Below, in pieces: positions 12,964 to 25,940 of a DNA stretch of 64,000 nt; position 1 is the first letter of the stretch; every line of letters starts with the position of its first letter. The position numbers were made by a program, and so were the translations under genes. Source of the DNA: Blasia pusilla (Eukaryota); assembly GCA_050084515.1 (NCBI GenBank), contig CM114271.1:13578001-13642000 (forward strand), written 5' to 3'. Under the pieces are notes generated by a model that did not search any database, was not told where the DNA came from, and saw only the letters and a program-made list of their open reading frames with translations.

Positions 12964-14700
12964 ATGGCGCCAGCAATTAGAGGGAAGCCGATGAGAGCTA
13001 AGGCGGCCTCGAGCTGGTTGGGTGGATCATGGAAAACTCTCCTCCTAGCTTTGATGTCTTTGGTGTTACCGGCCACGACGCTCATGGTCAGTCAAGATTT
13101 CGAAGCTGAGTACCTTTCACAGCCGCAGTAGTAGATTGCATCTAGCCAGATGAGGTCTCTCCAGGGAAAGAAACGAATCCTCCATCGACTTCTCAATGAT
13201 CGATCATGGAATGAGCGTAAGAGAGTAGGAATGCTCATTGAAGTCGCAGTAGACAGAGAGAGGGAGTGTAGAATCAGACACCGTGGAACCCTTGAAGCAA
13301 TTGTGTTGAATTTCAGCCACCAGCTCTGTTGTCGATGTAGAAACCCTCCAATCGAATTACTAATAGTGAAGGAACCCTGCAATCGAATGAGTAACAGTGA
13401 GGGCACCCTGTGATCTGACCGAGTCACTGACTGGCGTCAATCGACCTGTGTGCGAATGATCGCTTGATTGTGCAAACACCCGGCACAACTCGTGGAGGGT
13501 TGGCATATTCGAACTAAAACGGGCAGGCTGCAAGCGTCCTGGGATCTCGTCGAGGATCCCTACCATGTTATCCCCCACAGCTCCGGTGTAGTGACAGTTC
13601 GAGACATCGTGGAATTTCCGGATGAAGTTATGCTGTTTGTGAAAACAGTGGACAGGTCCAATCTGCCCAGAAAGGACGCAATCCAGTGCTTGTTCGGTAA
13701 GAAGTACAAGAGCGGAATCTTCACCGTCGAGTGGAAAGATGACGAGAAAACGGTCGTGGCTGTGAGGTGCGAGCATCCGAGTGGGCCGCTGTCTGAATCC
13801 AAAGAGGCCACACTCATCTTCACGGACTCTAAGGTCGTCCTGCATTCGACGGCTCAGTACCTGTCGAATTCTTCCTACCAACAACTGGTCTATGAGACCG
13901 TGACCCTTTCCGACGACGTGCTGTTGTTCGCCAAGGGGCTTGTGGATAGCCAAGGGAAACCCAACAACCATTCGAAAGATCTGGACCGATTGAGCTGCCG
14001 TTTCGGCTGGCCGTTTGAAGTCTCATTCGTTTGATCGCTCAAGAAGTGGTGAGGTGCGAGCTACCGCCTTTGGATCTCATTCCACAATCGAAGGGATCGC
14101 CTGTGAGCCTCTTTGTCCCCAAGGTCGGTGTTTTCCGCACAGTCACGTACTTCGACACTCCCAAGGCCGCCATGAATCCGCAGCCGGCGCAAAGGAGGTT
14201 CCACATCTGTGCGTGTACCATGCTCTGGAACGAGGGCGCCTTTCTGAAAGAGTGGATCATTTATCATGGATTTCTAGGGATAGTGAAATGGTACCTGTAC
14301 GACAACAACAGCGACGACGACATCGTAGAGGTTCTCAAGAGCCTGGAAGGGAAGTAGACATCAGTCGCATAATCGAATTCTGTGGCCCTGGATCAAGATG
14401 CAAGAGGCGGGTTTCTCCCACTGCACTCTGCGCGCGAGGGCGGATTGCGAGTGGATTCTCTTCGCAGACGTCGACGAGTTCGTCTATCCCGCGAAGGAGT
14501 TGCATGACGTCGTCGCCCGGAGCTCATCCACGCAGGGAGGGCGAAAATCCGCTTCCGCCCCCGCGAAGACACCACCATCTCTGGATGACCTGCGCGGCAT
14601 TCTGGAAGCTCAGAAAACCACCATTCTGCGGAGGCTCATAGACAGCACGCTGCATCTGGGGCTGCAGATGGGGAAGAGAGTGGGCGAGGTGCGCCACCTC
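12964..14700 (+). pseudogene. Glycosyltransferase family 92 (DUF23) protein, disrupted and 3'-truncated
   Basis: N-terminal TM-like segment from ATG 12964. 'LVYET...VLLFAKGL', 'AQEVVRC', 'HICACTMLWNEGAFLKEWIIYH...WYLYDNNSDD', 'WPWIKMQEAGFSHC..RARADCEWILFADVDEF'. Frameshifts near 14030 and 14380, stop at 14357. Confidence 0.85.
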
Positions 14701-15124
14701 TTCCCCATCTGCAGCCCCAAACATCGTAACTATCACACACTATTGTGTGGATACAATAACCCCTGCCTCCTCACAATGACACATGTAACTAAGAGGAGCA
14801 GAAACTGAAACGACTCCACTTTTAGGTAGCAGATTTGATTGGGACGGGAAAATTAGCGTGGGTCCCTTATTGGTCTCCTAAATGGCTTTTTCTTCTCCCT
14901 TCCTCCATTTAGTAACCCCATGTTAAGAGTATAGATTATTTATGGAGGGCTTCACTTCTTTGGGAATTTTTTTCTTTCCAAGGTAACCCCCCCTTCCTCG
15001 CATTATAGTATAGATACTCCGTCTAATGCTCAGCGTCGAGGGCTTAGGAGTCGTTTTAGGCGGTGATGGGGTCGGTGTACTGACGCTCGTTCGCTGGCTC
15101 GCTCAGTGGGTCAATTCAGCAGCG

Positions 15125-18100
15125 ATGGAGTTTGTACGCTCAGGAGCGGATAGGGATCTTTTACAGCTTCCGCCGGTGCTAATTCTGGTAAAATTTGAGC
15201 TTAACATGTGAATGAGTTCCTTAAACCCTCGGGCTCGGGCCCTTTCGTTCTTGCAATCGTATGCATGCTTGCGATGGAGAACACATGTGGCTCGTCAGTT
15301 GCGCAATTGATGTAAGGCGATTCTTTCTCGTGACGGATCTCCTTGGTGTCTCTGGAACTTGGCAGCCGGCTCTGTCTATAGGGAATGCGGGGCAACTGGC
15401 CACGGATCTGCTCATTTCGACGCGTTCTGTGACCAGGGCAGGATTTCTGGACGATTCGTTGGTACTGGCGTGCGTCGGGAACGATCCTATAGGTCCGCTT
15501 GCGGTGGGAGCACTGACTGTGGCTCTGGAGGGTACGTATCCCCAGAAGGAGACGGCAGCTCAATGCCGCGAAAGGGAGGGTTTTTCGGTGGATGTTGCAG
15601 TCTGGGGTCTTGAAAGAACGAAACTTTTGTGACATCGACCAGCTTTGATGAAGTAGTCGGTTCTTGTAATGTGACTGCGCTATAAGCCTTGGAAGTGGTA
15701 CTCCAGTTTTACAGTTGAGCTAAGAAGCCCTTGCAGTGTCAGGAATCATGTATGGCAGAGTAGTAGGGTTCTTGAGGTCCTACTCACACTGCGGACATTA
15801 AAACTGACGTTCTTCTGATAATTTTATCACTGTTTGCTCGGCAGTTTTTGAAGACGTTGGAAGTGGACTGGCAATCGTGCAGCAGCGAAGTCCGGTTGCG
15901 AAGGTGCAGCTTTTGTCTAACGCTGTCCGTTCTAGATTTTGGTGTTGAGGAGTCGCACCCAAAATTTTTCCTGCTTCTATAGCACCCATTGATGCTGAGA
16001 GAAATTGTTCTGGACCAGATCTTATGGGAAGATTGTGATGTCACAAGTTCTTGCATATATTGTTAAGGTAGAACGGGAATAGCTGCTTGGGCACTTCACG
16101 GACCTGGTTGAAAGAGATCGAATCATGATATTTGATTCAATACATTCCGTCGTATTGATGGTCTTCTCATTTCCACCCCTATGTGGTGTAGGGGTTCTCT
16201 TTGAGTTCATGTGTAGTCTATCTCTGGACCTCATGGATTTGCTGTAAATTCTTTGACCTCTCTCTCTCTCCTCTCATATGGTACTTTCTTCACTTGTTCT
16301 TCTCTCTACACCCATCCCAGTCTCAATCACCGTCCAACCAGGGCGCGGGGTCTATGTTCGCAAGGCTACGACAGGCACTACTTAATGAGTACAGTCTCTC
16401 ACATACAGTTCTCTGTCTTTGAGGTTTCTAAAAGTAGTGCGACTCTTGGTGCAAAAAATTAGTACTATGACTGCAAGGAGTGGCTCATAGAATGGGGTAT
16501 CTCCATCGATGACCTGCCTACAGTCACTCACCAGGACCGGGCTGAACAATTACACAGCAATTACATTTCCACCAACTGGGGTCGGCACCAGTGGCTTTGG
16601 GAAACCAGAGGGAATACATCTCACAAAAATGGAGAGAGAATGTGGCGCTACCACACTCTCATGAACACCGGCAGATCCATGCGGCAAGCCTCTTACAGCT
16701 CTGCCCCCATTCCCAGTAAGTGAGAGATTCCGATGTGGCTCAACTGACCTTGAGATTGAGAAAGGAAAATTCTCACAGAATAAAAGGGAGGACAGATTGT
16801 GTAGATTTTGCAACACGGGGCTCGTTGATGATGAACATCATCACCGCTTCGACTTCACCTTTCACAGTCAAATTAGGCTTGACTTCCCGGATCTCTTAGC
16901 TCACCCGGCCCTCAAGGTCTCGAATTCATGGCTAGGCAAAATCATATTCAGATTCCTAAATTCTTGCTTAGCTGTGTTAAGACTAGGGAAAATCACTTGG
17001 CTCAATGGACCTCTTAGGCCCTTGCTGGTGCTTTGCTTGGTCTTTCTTCAAATTGTTGTTAATTCGCAAAACTAAGTCCCATGGCTCTGTGGGGTCCCCG
17101 TAGACAATAAATCTATTCATTCATTCATTCTCTCTCACTCGCAAAGCAGGCCAAATCTTGATGAAAAAGGTTCAAGAGATTGTCCAAGTAACCAAGCTCC
17201 CAGCAGGGCCTGAACTGTGGGAGCAAGATGAGAAAGCATCTGTGGATACCACAACCAAAGCAGTGGGCAAACGCTCACAGCAGAACAGCACGGAGGAAGC
17301 CATGAAAATATCTGACCTCTCTCTTTTGACGGTATATCCTAAAAAGGCAGAAATGAAGAACTATTTGCGGGGAACCCCTTGCTTGGGAACCTGGCTCAAG
17401 TTCAAGTTTAGGACAGGGACAATCCCCTTGAACCACAAGAAAAGCAGGATGGGAACACAACTAAATTCTTGCGCCTTGTGTGACAATGGGGATGAAACCT
17501 CTAGTCATTACTTGGTCTCCTGCACAAAATTCACAGCACACAGAGCAAGAGCATATGCTGATATTGCTAAATTGTTCATCACATTCAGTAGCCTTGATTC
17601 ATTGCCCAAAGCTGCTGCACTGGTAAGTAATGTCTATTGGGGATCCCCAGGGGAGGCAGCTGGAGACAATGGACTCCCATCGCCAATGAGATCAGAACTA
17701 GGTGTGGAACCCTTGGAGGATAGGCGTGACATTGCCAAGTTGAAATGGCGGAGGCATCTGGAGACAATGGACTCCCATCGCTATCCTAAAGAGGTGATGG
17801 GGAAAATATGGATCCAAAGAAGACCCATAAAGCAGGCCAAATCTTGGACGAAAAAGGTTCAAGAGATTGTGCAAGCATCCAAGCTCCCAGCAGGGCCTGA
17901 ACTGTGGGAGCAAGATGAGAAAGCATTCGTGGATACCATAACCAAAGCAGTGGGCAAATGCTCACAGCAGAACAAGATGGAGGAAGCCATGAAAATGTCT
18001 GACCTCTCTCTTTTGACGGTATATCCCGAGAAGGCAGAACTGAAGAACTATTTGCGGGGAACGCCTTGCTTGGGAACCCGGCTCAAGTTCAAGTTCAGAA

Positions 18101-21100
18101 CGGGAGCAATCCCCTTGAACCATAAGAAAAGCAGGATGGGAACACAACTAAACTCTCGCGCCTTGTGTGATGAAACCTCTAGTCATTACTTGGTCTCCTG
18201 CGCAAAATTCACAACACACAGAGCAAGAGCATATGCTGATATTGCTAAGCTGGTAGTACCAGAATTGTTCAACACATTCAGTAGCCTTGATTCATTGCCC
18301 AAAGCTGCTGCACTGGTAAGTAATGTATATTGGGGATCCCAATCAGGTTAAGTAGATGGTGTGGTGAAGAGTTTCTTGGTTGACACTTGGAAGCTCCGCA
18401 CGAACACGTTGTTTGGTCAGCACTCACACTATATGAGAGTGTCTCCCTCCTCTCATGTGGTATCTTCTTCACTTGCTTCTCTCTCTACACCCATCCCAGT
18501 CTCAAGCACCGTCCAACCAGGGCGCGGGGTCTATGGTTGCAAGGCAACGACAGGCACTACTTAATGAGTACAGTCTCATCCCAGTCTCAAGCACGGTCCA
18601 ACCAGGGCGCGGGGTCTATGGTCTCTCTGATTGGGGATGACCTCTCTCAGGTCAGACATTTTCAGCCATGAAAATGTCTGACCTCTCTCTTTTGACGGTA
18701 TATCCCGAGAGGGCAGAACTGAAGAACTATTTGCGGGGAACCCCTTGCTTGGGAACCCGGCTCAAGTTCAAGTTCAGGATGGGGGCAATCCCCTTGAACC
18801 ATAAGAAAAGCAAGATGGGAACACAACTAAACTCTTGCGCCTTGTGTGACGATGGGGACGAAACCTCTAGTCATTACTTGGTCTCCTGCGCAAAATTCAC
18901 AACACACAGAGCAAGAGCATATGCTGATATTGCTAAGCTGGTAGCACCAGAATTGTTCAACACATTCAGTAGCCTTGATTCATTGCCCAAAGCTGCTGCA
19001 CTTGTAAGTAATGTCTATTGGGGATCCCAATCAGGTAAAGTAGATTGTGTGGTGAAGAGTTTCTTGGTTGACACTTGGAAGCTCTGCACAAACACGTTGT
19101 TTGGTCAGCACTCACACTATATGAAGTGTCTCCCTCCTCTCATATGGTACCTTCTTCACTTGCTTCTCTCTCTACACCCATCCCAGTCTCAAGCACCGTC
19201 CAACCAGGGTGCGGGGTCTATGGTCGCAAGGCTACGACAGGCACTACTTAATGAGTACAGTCTCTGATTGGGGATCCCAATCAGATAAAGTAGATGGTGT
19301 GGTGAAGAGTTTCTTGGTCGACACTTGAAAGCTCTGCACAAACACGTTGTTTGCTCAGCACTCACACTATATGAGAGTGTCTCCCTCCTCTCATATGGTA
19401 CCTTCTTCACTTGCTCCTGTCTCTACACCCATCCCAGTCTCAAGCACCATCCAACCAGGGCGCGGGGTCTATGGTCGCAAGGCTACGACAGGCACTACTT
19501 TAATGAGTACAGTCTCTCTCTGTGTGGTGTATGATTTTGAGGAATTGTCGTGCAAGATTTAAGAAGGAACAGTGAATCCCACAAGTCTTGTCAAATAACA
19601 GTTTCTTCATAGTACACTTCTACTTTCCATGTGTGTTGTAATCAGGGAATGATGATCGAATATGCAAGGCATGTTGCCGAGTTGGCAGAAAGCATGGGCT
19701 GCAAAGAGGTTATAATACTGTCCGGGTTCGATTCTGGTAAACGAGACAGACAAGAGATGGTTGGGTATGTGGTCAAATCAGCTGATTGTGGTTACAGAAA
19801 TCAATCTGGCTGCCTACTCAGATTTTTTACCTTGGTCATGAAAATGTGCAAGTACTGACCATAGCATGCCTTAGGGTTCATCATTGGCTTACCTTCTCCC
19901 ACTATATACATGCATTCTCGCAGAATTCAGTGGGTAGTCTGAAGTTAGACAGCTACAGGATAGTCCAACTCACATGTCTTTTGAGTAGTATCAAGTTCAC
20001 AAAATCACGAGTCTCCTCTGGATGAACATGGAATCATGAGCCAGTGCAAAGAAGTGAAATTACAGCCATCTGTTCTAGCACACTCCACCTAGGCATGAGT
20101 TGAAGGAGTTGACAACTCATGCCTATTAAGCCACAGAGCAGTCTACTGGATTTGATTCTAGTAATGATTCCTGGCTTGGATGGACTCCTGATATATTCAA
20201 TTTCCTATTGCACTCACATAATGAGCCCCGATGATGACATATATACATGATGCCACTGTGCCTTGCAGACCACAAATTTTTTACGTTTCAAATGAGTCAG
20301 ATGTTGCAATCTATGAGCAACTGGGGTGGAAAAGACTTGCCCAGCAAAAATTGTTGGATCAGCCAGGTCAGGTGGATCAAGTTCAGGCTGATGACCTTGC
20401 AGGCCCAAGCGACAAGACAGTACCCTTGACTGAAGAGACTTACTATGCTGGGTTGCCATTCTCATTGTTGTATACTAGCTGCAAGGTACTTGTAGATACC
20501 AACCTGCAGTACATAGTGGTCTTTATATCTAATTTATGATGGTGAATTGCATGCATAGTTTTAGAGAAAGTGATTTGGTCAGGAGAAATTGCAAAAATAA
20601 GCCTTACTTCTTTTGTTCCTTGGTCTGAGCTAAACAGTAGTCCTCTTTGTGAGTCTACGTAAGGTAGTCCTGTTCAAGACCTCATCATTGATTTCAAGAT
20701 GGGCTAAGGTTTCAATGTTTCACTTTGATGTCAGAAGCTCAACAACCCCCTAACCCCCCCCCCCTCTCCTCACTCTTCTTCCTCCTTCCTCCACTACCTG
20801 GACAGCTTCCAATCACATGTCTTGCATGAGTGTCTAATTTTGCTTCTTATATCTGTGACACAAATGAAACTCACACAATGACTACCTGCAGGCCCGAGGG
20901 TTGAAGGTAACATGCTTGCTCACATTCTGTGGGGAAGGAGATAATATACCTGATGCCTTCTTTCTTGCGGACTCCCTTCAGCAGATGCTAGAAAAGAAAA
21001 GCGGTAATGAACCAGGTAATCAGCATATCCTCAGATTGGTTCATTGCTTTCTTTACTCATTGAAGGTTACCTTGATTTTGGATTATTATTGAATCTTTTT

Positions 21101-21195
21101 TTGGATAAATGGTCAATGCAGGGGAGACACAGTGGAGGATTCCACTGTCTTGGAAAACAGTTTATGGTCCTCCACTTGATGACTCCATCTTCTGA
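15125..21195 (+). CDS. PAC2: Proteasome assembly chaperone 2 (PAC2/PSMG2 family), 7 exons, 273 aa
   Basis: Exons 15125-15187, 15366-15531, 15845-15903, 19646-19764, 20269-20485, 20892-21015, 21122-21195. All introns are GT-AG and phases are consistent (822 nt, open). Motifs 'PALSIGNAGQLATDLL', 'VQQRSP', 'CGEGDNIPDAF', 'WRIPLSWKTVYGPP'. Confidence 0.93.
16256..16400 (+). mobile_element. Short 3'-end copy of (TC)n-tailed LINE (family A)
   Basis: Carries the same 3' terminus '...ggctacgacaggcactacttaatgagtacagtctctc' as the longer copies and is flanked by TC tracts. Confidence 0.8.
16450..17130 (+). mobile_element. 3' fragment of a second LINE (family B, RTEX-like C-terminus) with (ATTC)n tail
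   Basis: Translates 'RFRCGSTDLEIEKGK...REDRLCRFCNTGLVDDEHH' (C-terminal zinc-binding region). Ends aataaatct(attc)4 at ~17106-17130. Confidence 0.7.
17131..19521 (+). mobile_element. Head-to-tail array of 5'-truncated family A LINE copies in PAC2 intron 3
   Basis: The block 'LKFKFRTGAIPLNHKK...CALCDDGDETSSHYLVSC' is repeated three times. 3' termini 'ttaatgagtacagtctc' at ~18577, ~19265 and ~19520. Confidence 0.9.
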
Positions 21196-22040
21196 GACTG
21201 TTGGATGAGAAAGCAGCACACTGCAAGGATTCCTTAACCTGTTACTGCTTCAGGTCCTATAAAATTCCCAAAAGAAGAGGAAGATTTGCTTTTAAGAAGC
21301 AAGAATTCCCTGGCCAATTGTGCTATGGAAGGAAAGGGATTCCAATTGCACTGGGTAGAGATGAGTTCTGTTCATGCTCTTAACCACTGCATTGAATGCA
21401 TCTAACGGACACCATGGCACGGAAGGACTACGGCACCATAATTGTTCTAGGATATAAGTGAGAATCACCTTATTGCCCACAATCATAGAATGGGGCAATT
21501 CTTACTTACTGCCTTACCACCAGTGTAGATCTTCACCATCAACCTGGTTTCCGGTGATAATTTGAAGTTCCTAGTGCCCAGCATAGCGTGCCTCTCACAG
21601 AAGGTGGATAGAAGAGCTTTGTTCGTTGGAATCTCGCAGCATATGGATGAGGAACTGCAGTAATATGTCCCCTTTCTTTTGGGGAAGGGGGATCTTTTTT
21701 CAATGCCATCCCTCCCTGTGCACTGTTTTCCTTTGCCATTTGAGATGTTAACGAGGAGCATTGGGGCCACGTACCTTGAAGATCCACAGATGCTCTGAAG
21801 CTCTTCTGGCTTATTAGTCCTGATTTGCCTTTTCTGTTTGAAGTCTTAAACCCTTGATCTTGCTAGTACTTAAGCAATCTGGAAAGCACCTAAATTATTT
21901 GCACTCTTCAGTAAACATCCATTACGAGATATTCAGCACCAGCTACGAGATAATAGTAGAGTCTCAACATACTGGAGTCCCCAAGTTATTGGGGCTCTCT
22001 GAAGAACACTCCATTAGTTCTTAGTTGTACACCGTTGACA

Positions 22041-25000
22041 ATCCCCCATCTAAAACAAAAGGGTGATTTACCAATTAACAACACACGCTAAGAGCCACGA
22101 TTCTTTTGCAAAGTCACCTGATTCATTTTTTAAGTTTTGGTAACTCTTAAAACATTGATTGGGAACATAGTTTCACACTTTTAAAAAAGCCTTGTCTACT
22201 AAGTGTCTCCCCCTGGATTTCCTAGACACTAAAAGGTTAGACCAGTTAAATTTAAAGCTTCTATGCCCACCACCAAGCTAGTTGCTAGAAACATTCCCAT
22301 GCCATGATTCGACTTTGGTGTGACTTACTGCCTGAGAAACTGGTAATTGGAAGAGGATTCAATGACAGCATGATGGAATGAATAAGGAGGCAGTGGTATG
22401 AAGTGCTAAAAAATCACTCCTTAGTATCGAGTGGTTTATGTGTACATAGTAAAGTGGATGAGCCGAAATTACCCTAAACTCGGTGGATTTTGATGGAGGT
22501 TCCTCAAGGTGGAGCCTCCAAGCTTGTGTTCACTCTTTCAGCCTTCACAACCACATAGGAGCCCATTGAGATAGTTATATGTAGCTTTTGATTTCAATTC
22601 CAACCAAAGACTACGTTTTGACTTGTGCCAAGTCGTCCTCACTTTAGGCTATATCCCTTGTAGTTCACTCGGAGGTGGTGCGGTTCATCATCTTTGATCT
22701 CAAGATCATGGCGGATCCTGGGCTACAGGTCTTGAAGTAGGATTCTTGTATGATCTTTTATGTATGAATGCCTGATTGCATTAGAGGGAGTAATTGGCCC
22801 TACGTCTGGACAACATAATATGAGCCAACGACTTCGAAAACTATAGCCCACCACTACTAGTTGGAAAACCTCTTCTTTACTCACTTGTTGTCATGTGGAT
22901 GTAGACAAGTCCATGAATAAAAGTTGCAGTTCTTCCTTTTTGTTTGAATTGTTGCATCTTGATCCTTGTATACCCATTCACTCATTCTTGGAGGTTTGCC
23001 TTAGTATCTTCCCCTATGCACATTCTTTCAAGATTTTGTTGAAGCACATTCTGATTAGGGTGCATGATGTGAATTTGTTTTGCTACTCGTTTAGGGTGCT
23101 ATTGATACACTCATACATTATGAGTGTATCAATAGTCGAGTCAATCAAGTTTATTGATCATAGGCATTCAACATAGTTCTCAATTTACTTAGGGTGCTAG
23201 AGGCATGATGCAAGGACTGTGACTTTTGTGAGGACCTTATGTTGCATGGGGTGAGTGGAAGACCAATATCAAGGGGTAACATAAATCCAACGTCAATGGG
23301 TAGTGATGGCAATGTCTATTTAGATCTTTAGTTTTCCACCTCTAAAAGATATTGTTTCGTAGACAACACTTGATAGATATTGCACTCAAAAGCCTCGAGA
23401 GGTTATAGTTCTTGCACCCAAAAGTTTTGGGCGTAAGAAATTTGACAACCTTGTCAAATTTTAAGCAACTCCGGCGGATAGAAACGTCATCTCAACCATA
23501 GGATCATTGTAATATGGTCTAAGACACTAGCCCATGGGATAAGGCCTTAAGGTAAAACCTCCGCACTTATTGCCACGGATATTCGGGGCACAGGCCTTCA
23601 CATGCCCGCTCCCTTCTCATGGTGGCATGGGGCAAGATGTTTCCATGGCTTATGTGCCATGGAAGGAATTCATCATTCGAAACCCAATCATGTATGACCC
23701 CGCAATGGAGGCATGTTGATGAAGCCCCGGGGAAATGGCTCTTGTTTGTCTGTCCTCCTCCTTATGGTTCAGTCCCTTTTACTACATGGATCCAAATTCC
23801 ATGCATCAACCAACAAGAAGGTAGGAATGGCGATCTGTCTCTCTCCAGCCAATAGCTTCCACCCGGTGAAGAAAATCGTGGGGCACCTCCGAGTAAACAT
23901 ACTTTTCCCTCTATCAAAGGCTTTTAACCCACTCCCATTATTTTACATCCAGATCTGGCGGTGGACAATGAATGTCAGGAATTCACGCCAATGTTGGAAT
24001 GACGAATGATCTCATAGATTCCAAAAACTCGTCCTCTTTTCACAACCCCCTTGGAGCCTTCTCACCAACCTCATGTGGAATGGTTTCTACGTCAGACGGA
24101 ATGGTTTAAGTCCTCGAGTTAGAATGGTTTCGGGCTAGGGTTGAGTCTTTCATACAAGAGGCCGACATTTTCTCTCAAGCAATTGTGAAAATTTTCCTCT
24201 CCATCATTTCGTGTAATCTTTGTGTTTATGATGGTATTGCATATATCAGTAATAAGGTGGTAACGTTGGAGGGGTCGTGTTGAGGGTGCGATCAAATCCT
24301 ACTGATTTTGCAAAATTGCAAGGCACAAATTCGATCAGCATACAAACTTCCTCCTGCTACCTACGGAAAGCATCAGCCTACGCTGTGTGCTTTTGTGTGC
24401 GGTGTATTAGCTTGTGGTCTTCATCATACTTTTGAAGGGTTGACATGGTGAAGACAAGGATATGGAAGCAAGAGCACACGATTTGTCGCGATCAACTAGG
24501 GAGAATATGAAAGATTGATGACTGTGCGTGATGTCCAATGCATAGTAAGTTTCATCCTCCTCAACTCGATCAACTTTGTTTCCCTCCTTCCATCTATGTG
24601 CCTTGGGTCTACACTGGATTTCCAAAATTTGACAATTTCCCTCTACAAAACTTTAAAATGCCAACAAATTCAGCCTCATACGATTCCTTAAATACTTCTA
24701 TTTTCGGACTATGGATCTGGACCACCAATTTCTCTTGTGAAGACTCCCCTTGCCGTGTATGTTAAAACAAGTTGCACGCTATTGTCGATCAAGAAACCCG
24801 AACAACCCAACATCTATAATCAGATGTCAATAGTGAACGGTCGGACAAGTAAGAAGAAGGAAGGGGAAGCTCGTGCAAGGAAAAGGAGAAGCTGGTTGAT
24901 TCTTCTGGGCCTATATATCAACAATGAGTTCCTACAATCAATCAAAAGAGAGAACAGCCGAACATCTGATTCTCGAAGAGGATGAAAATTAGACAACGTA

Positions 25001-25300
25001 TCGAGAAAGGGATCCGAACTTTTCAGCATTAGAACGTCCTAGTTTCCAAGGGGAGTATCCACTTTCATTGTCGTACTATGAAAGTGGAACCCACAACATT
25101 CCATTATGGTGCCATTGACCTCTACATGGGTTTTGGACTGAGTAGCAAATCCCGAACAAGGCTTGATTCTACTATGCGATGAACTCGTGCAAGACCAATC
25201 GGTAGCGTAGGAGTAAATGAAAAAGGTCGATTCTAGTTTAAGTCTGCTCATACAATCGTTATGTACCTATCACAATGCTTTACATGCTTGTTGTTCTTTG
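22041..25300 (-). mobile_element. Possible highly degraded LTR-retrotransposon remnant
   Basis: Minus-strand purine-rich 'tagatggggat' followed by TGTCAAC at ~22040. The interior has no clean ORFs. Weak support, and boundaries are approximate. Confidence 0.25.
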
Positions 25301-25649
25301 ATTTTCATCACTTGAAGGAACCCGTTGGAATCTCATGACCAAGCGAGAGCACATATCCATTTAGCCGATTGGGATTGTATACTTACTCAAGTATAGTAAG
25401 ACTGAGGTGATGAATAAGGCCACGTCCTCACATGTGCCTTCATCCTCACATTCTACCGCTTCAAAATTACTGTCTAATGTTGTTGCACCAATAAATACTA
25501 TCTTTTACAAATAAAGAGTCTCCTTCCTCTCATCTACGACTTTTCTTATATTTTTCCTCTGCATCCATCTAAGTTGGAAAGAGGCTATGACCGGGACAAG
25601 TTAATGATGGTAATCCCTCTCCACACAAGCCCCTCTTGCAAAATTTTAA

Positions 25650-25940
25650 GCATACGTATTAGTCATAGCAACAACTTGGTTGCTTTGCCATCAGATAGTT
25701 GGTTGTGTTTGCAGTTGATTTCAGTAACTTGAATGCACAACATTCCTCGAGTTCTTTAAACATTGTCTTTACGTATTGAAAATATCTTGTTGCAACATGC
25801 ATATCACGAGCATAAGAAACACTTGCCAATATAGAATTAGGACATTGTCCAAAGTAACCCCCAAAGGGGAATTTATCAGTGACATTACTTGCATTATCTT
25901 GGGAAGCTTCACTATACTCCGAAGGGTAGTGTTGGGAGTT
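25650..25940 (-). pseudogene. Fragment of Aquarius (intron-binding spliceosomal helicase)
   Basis: 'DKFPFGGYF...RDMHVATRYFQYVKTMFKELEECCAFKLLKSTANTTNYLMAKQ' then, after a frameshift, 'VVAMT'. This matches my recollection of the AQR segment 'KTMFQELEECRAFELLKST.DR.NYLMTKQAKIVAMT'. Confidence 0.75.

Noticed and set aside
21292-21787. Minus-strand ORFs downstream of PAC2
   Set aside because: No recognisable family or splice structure.
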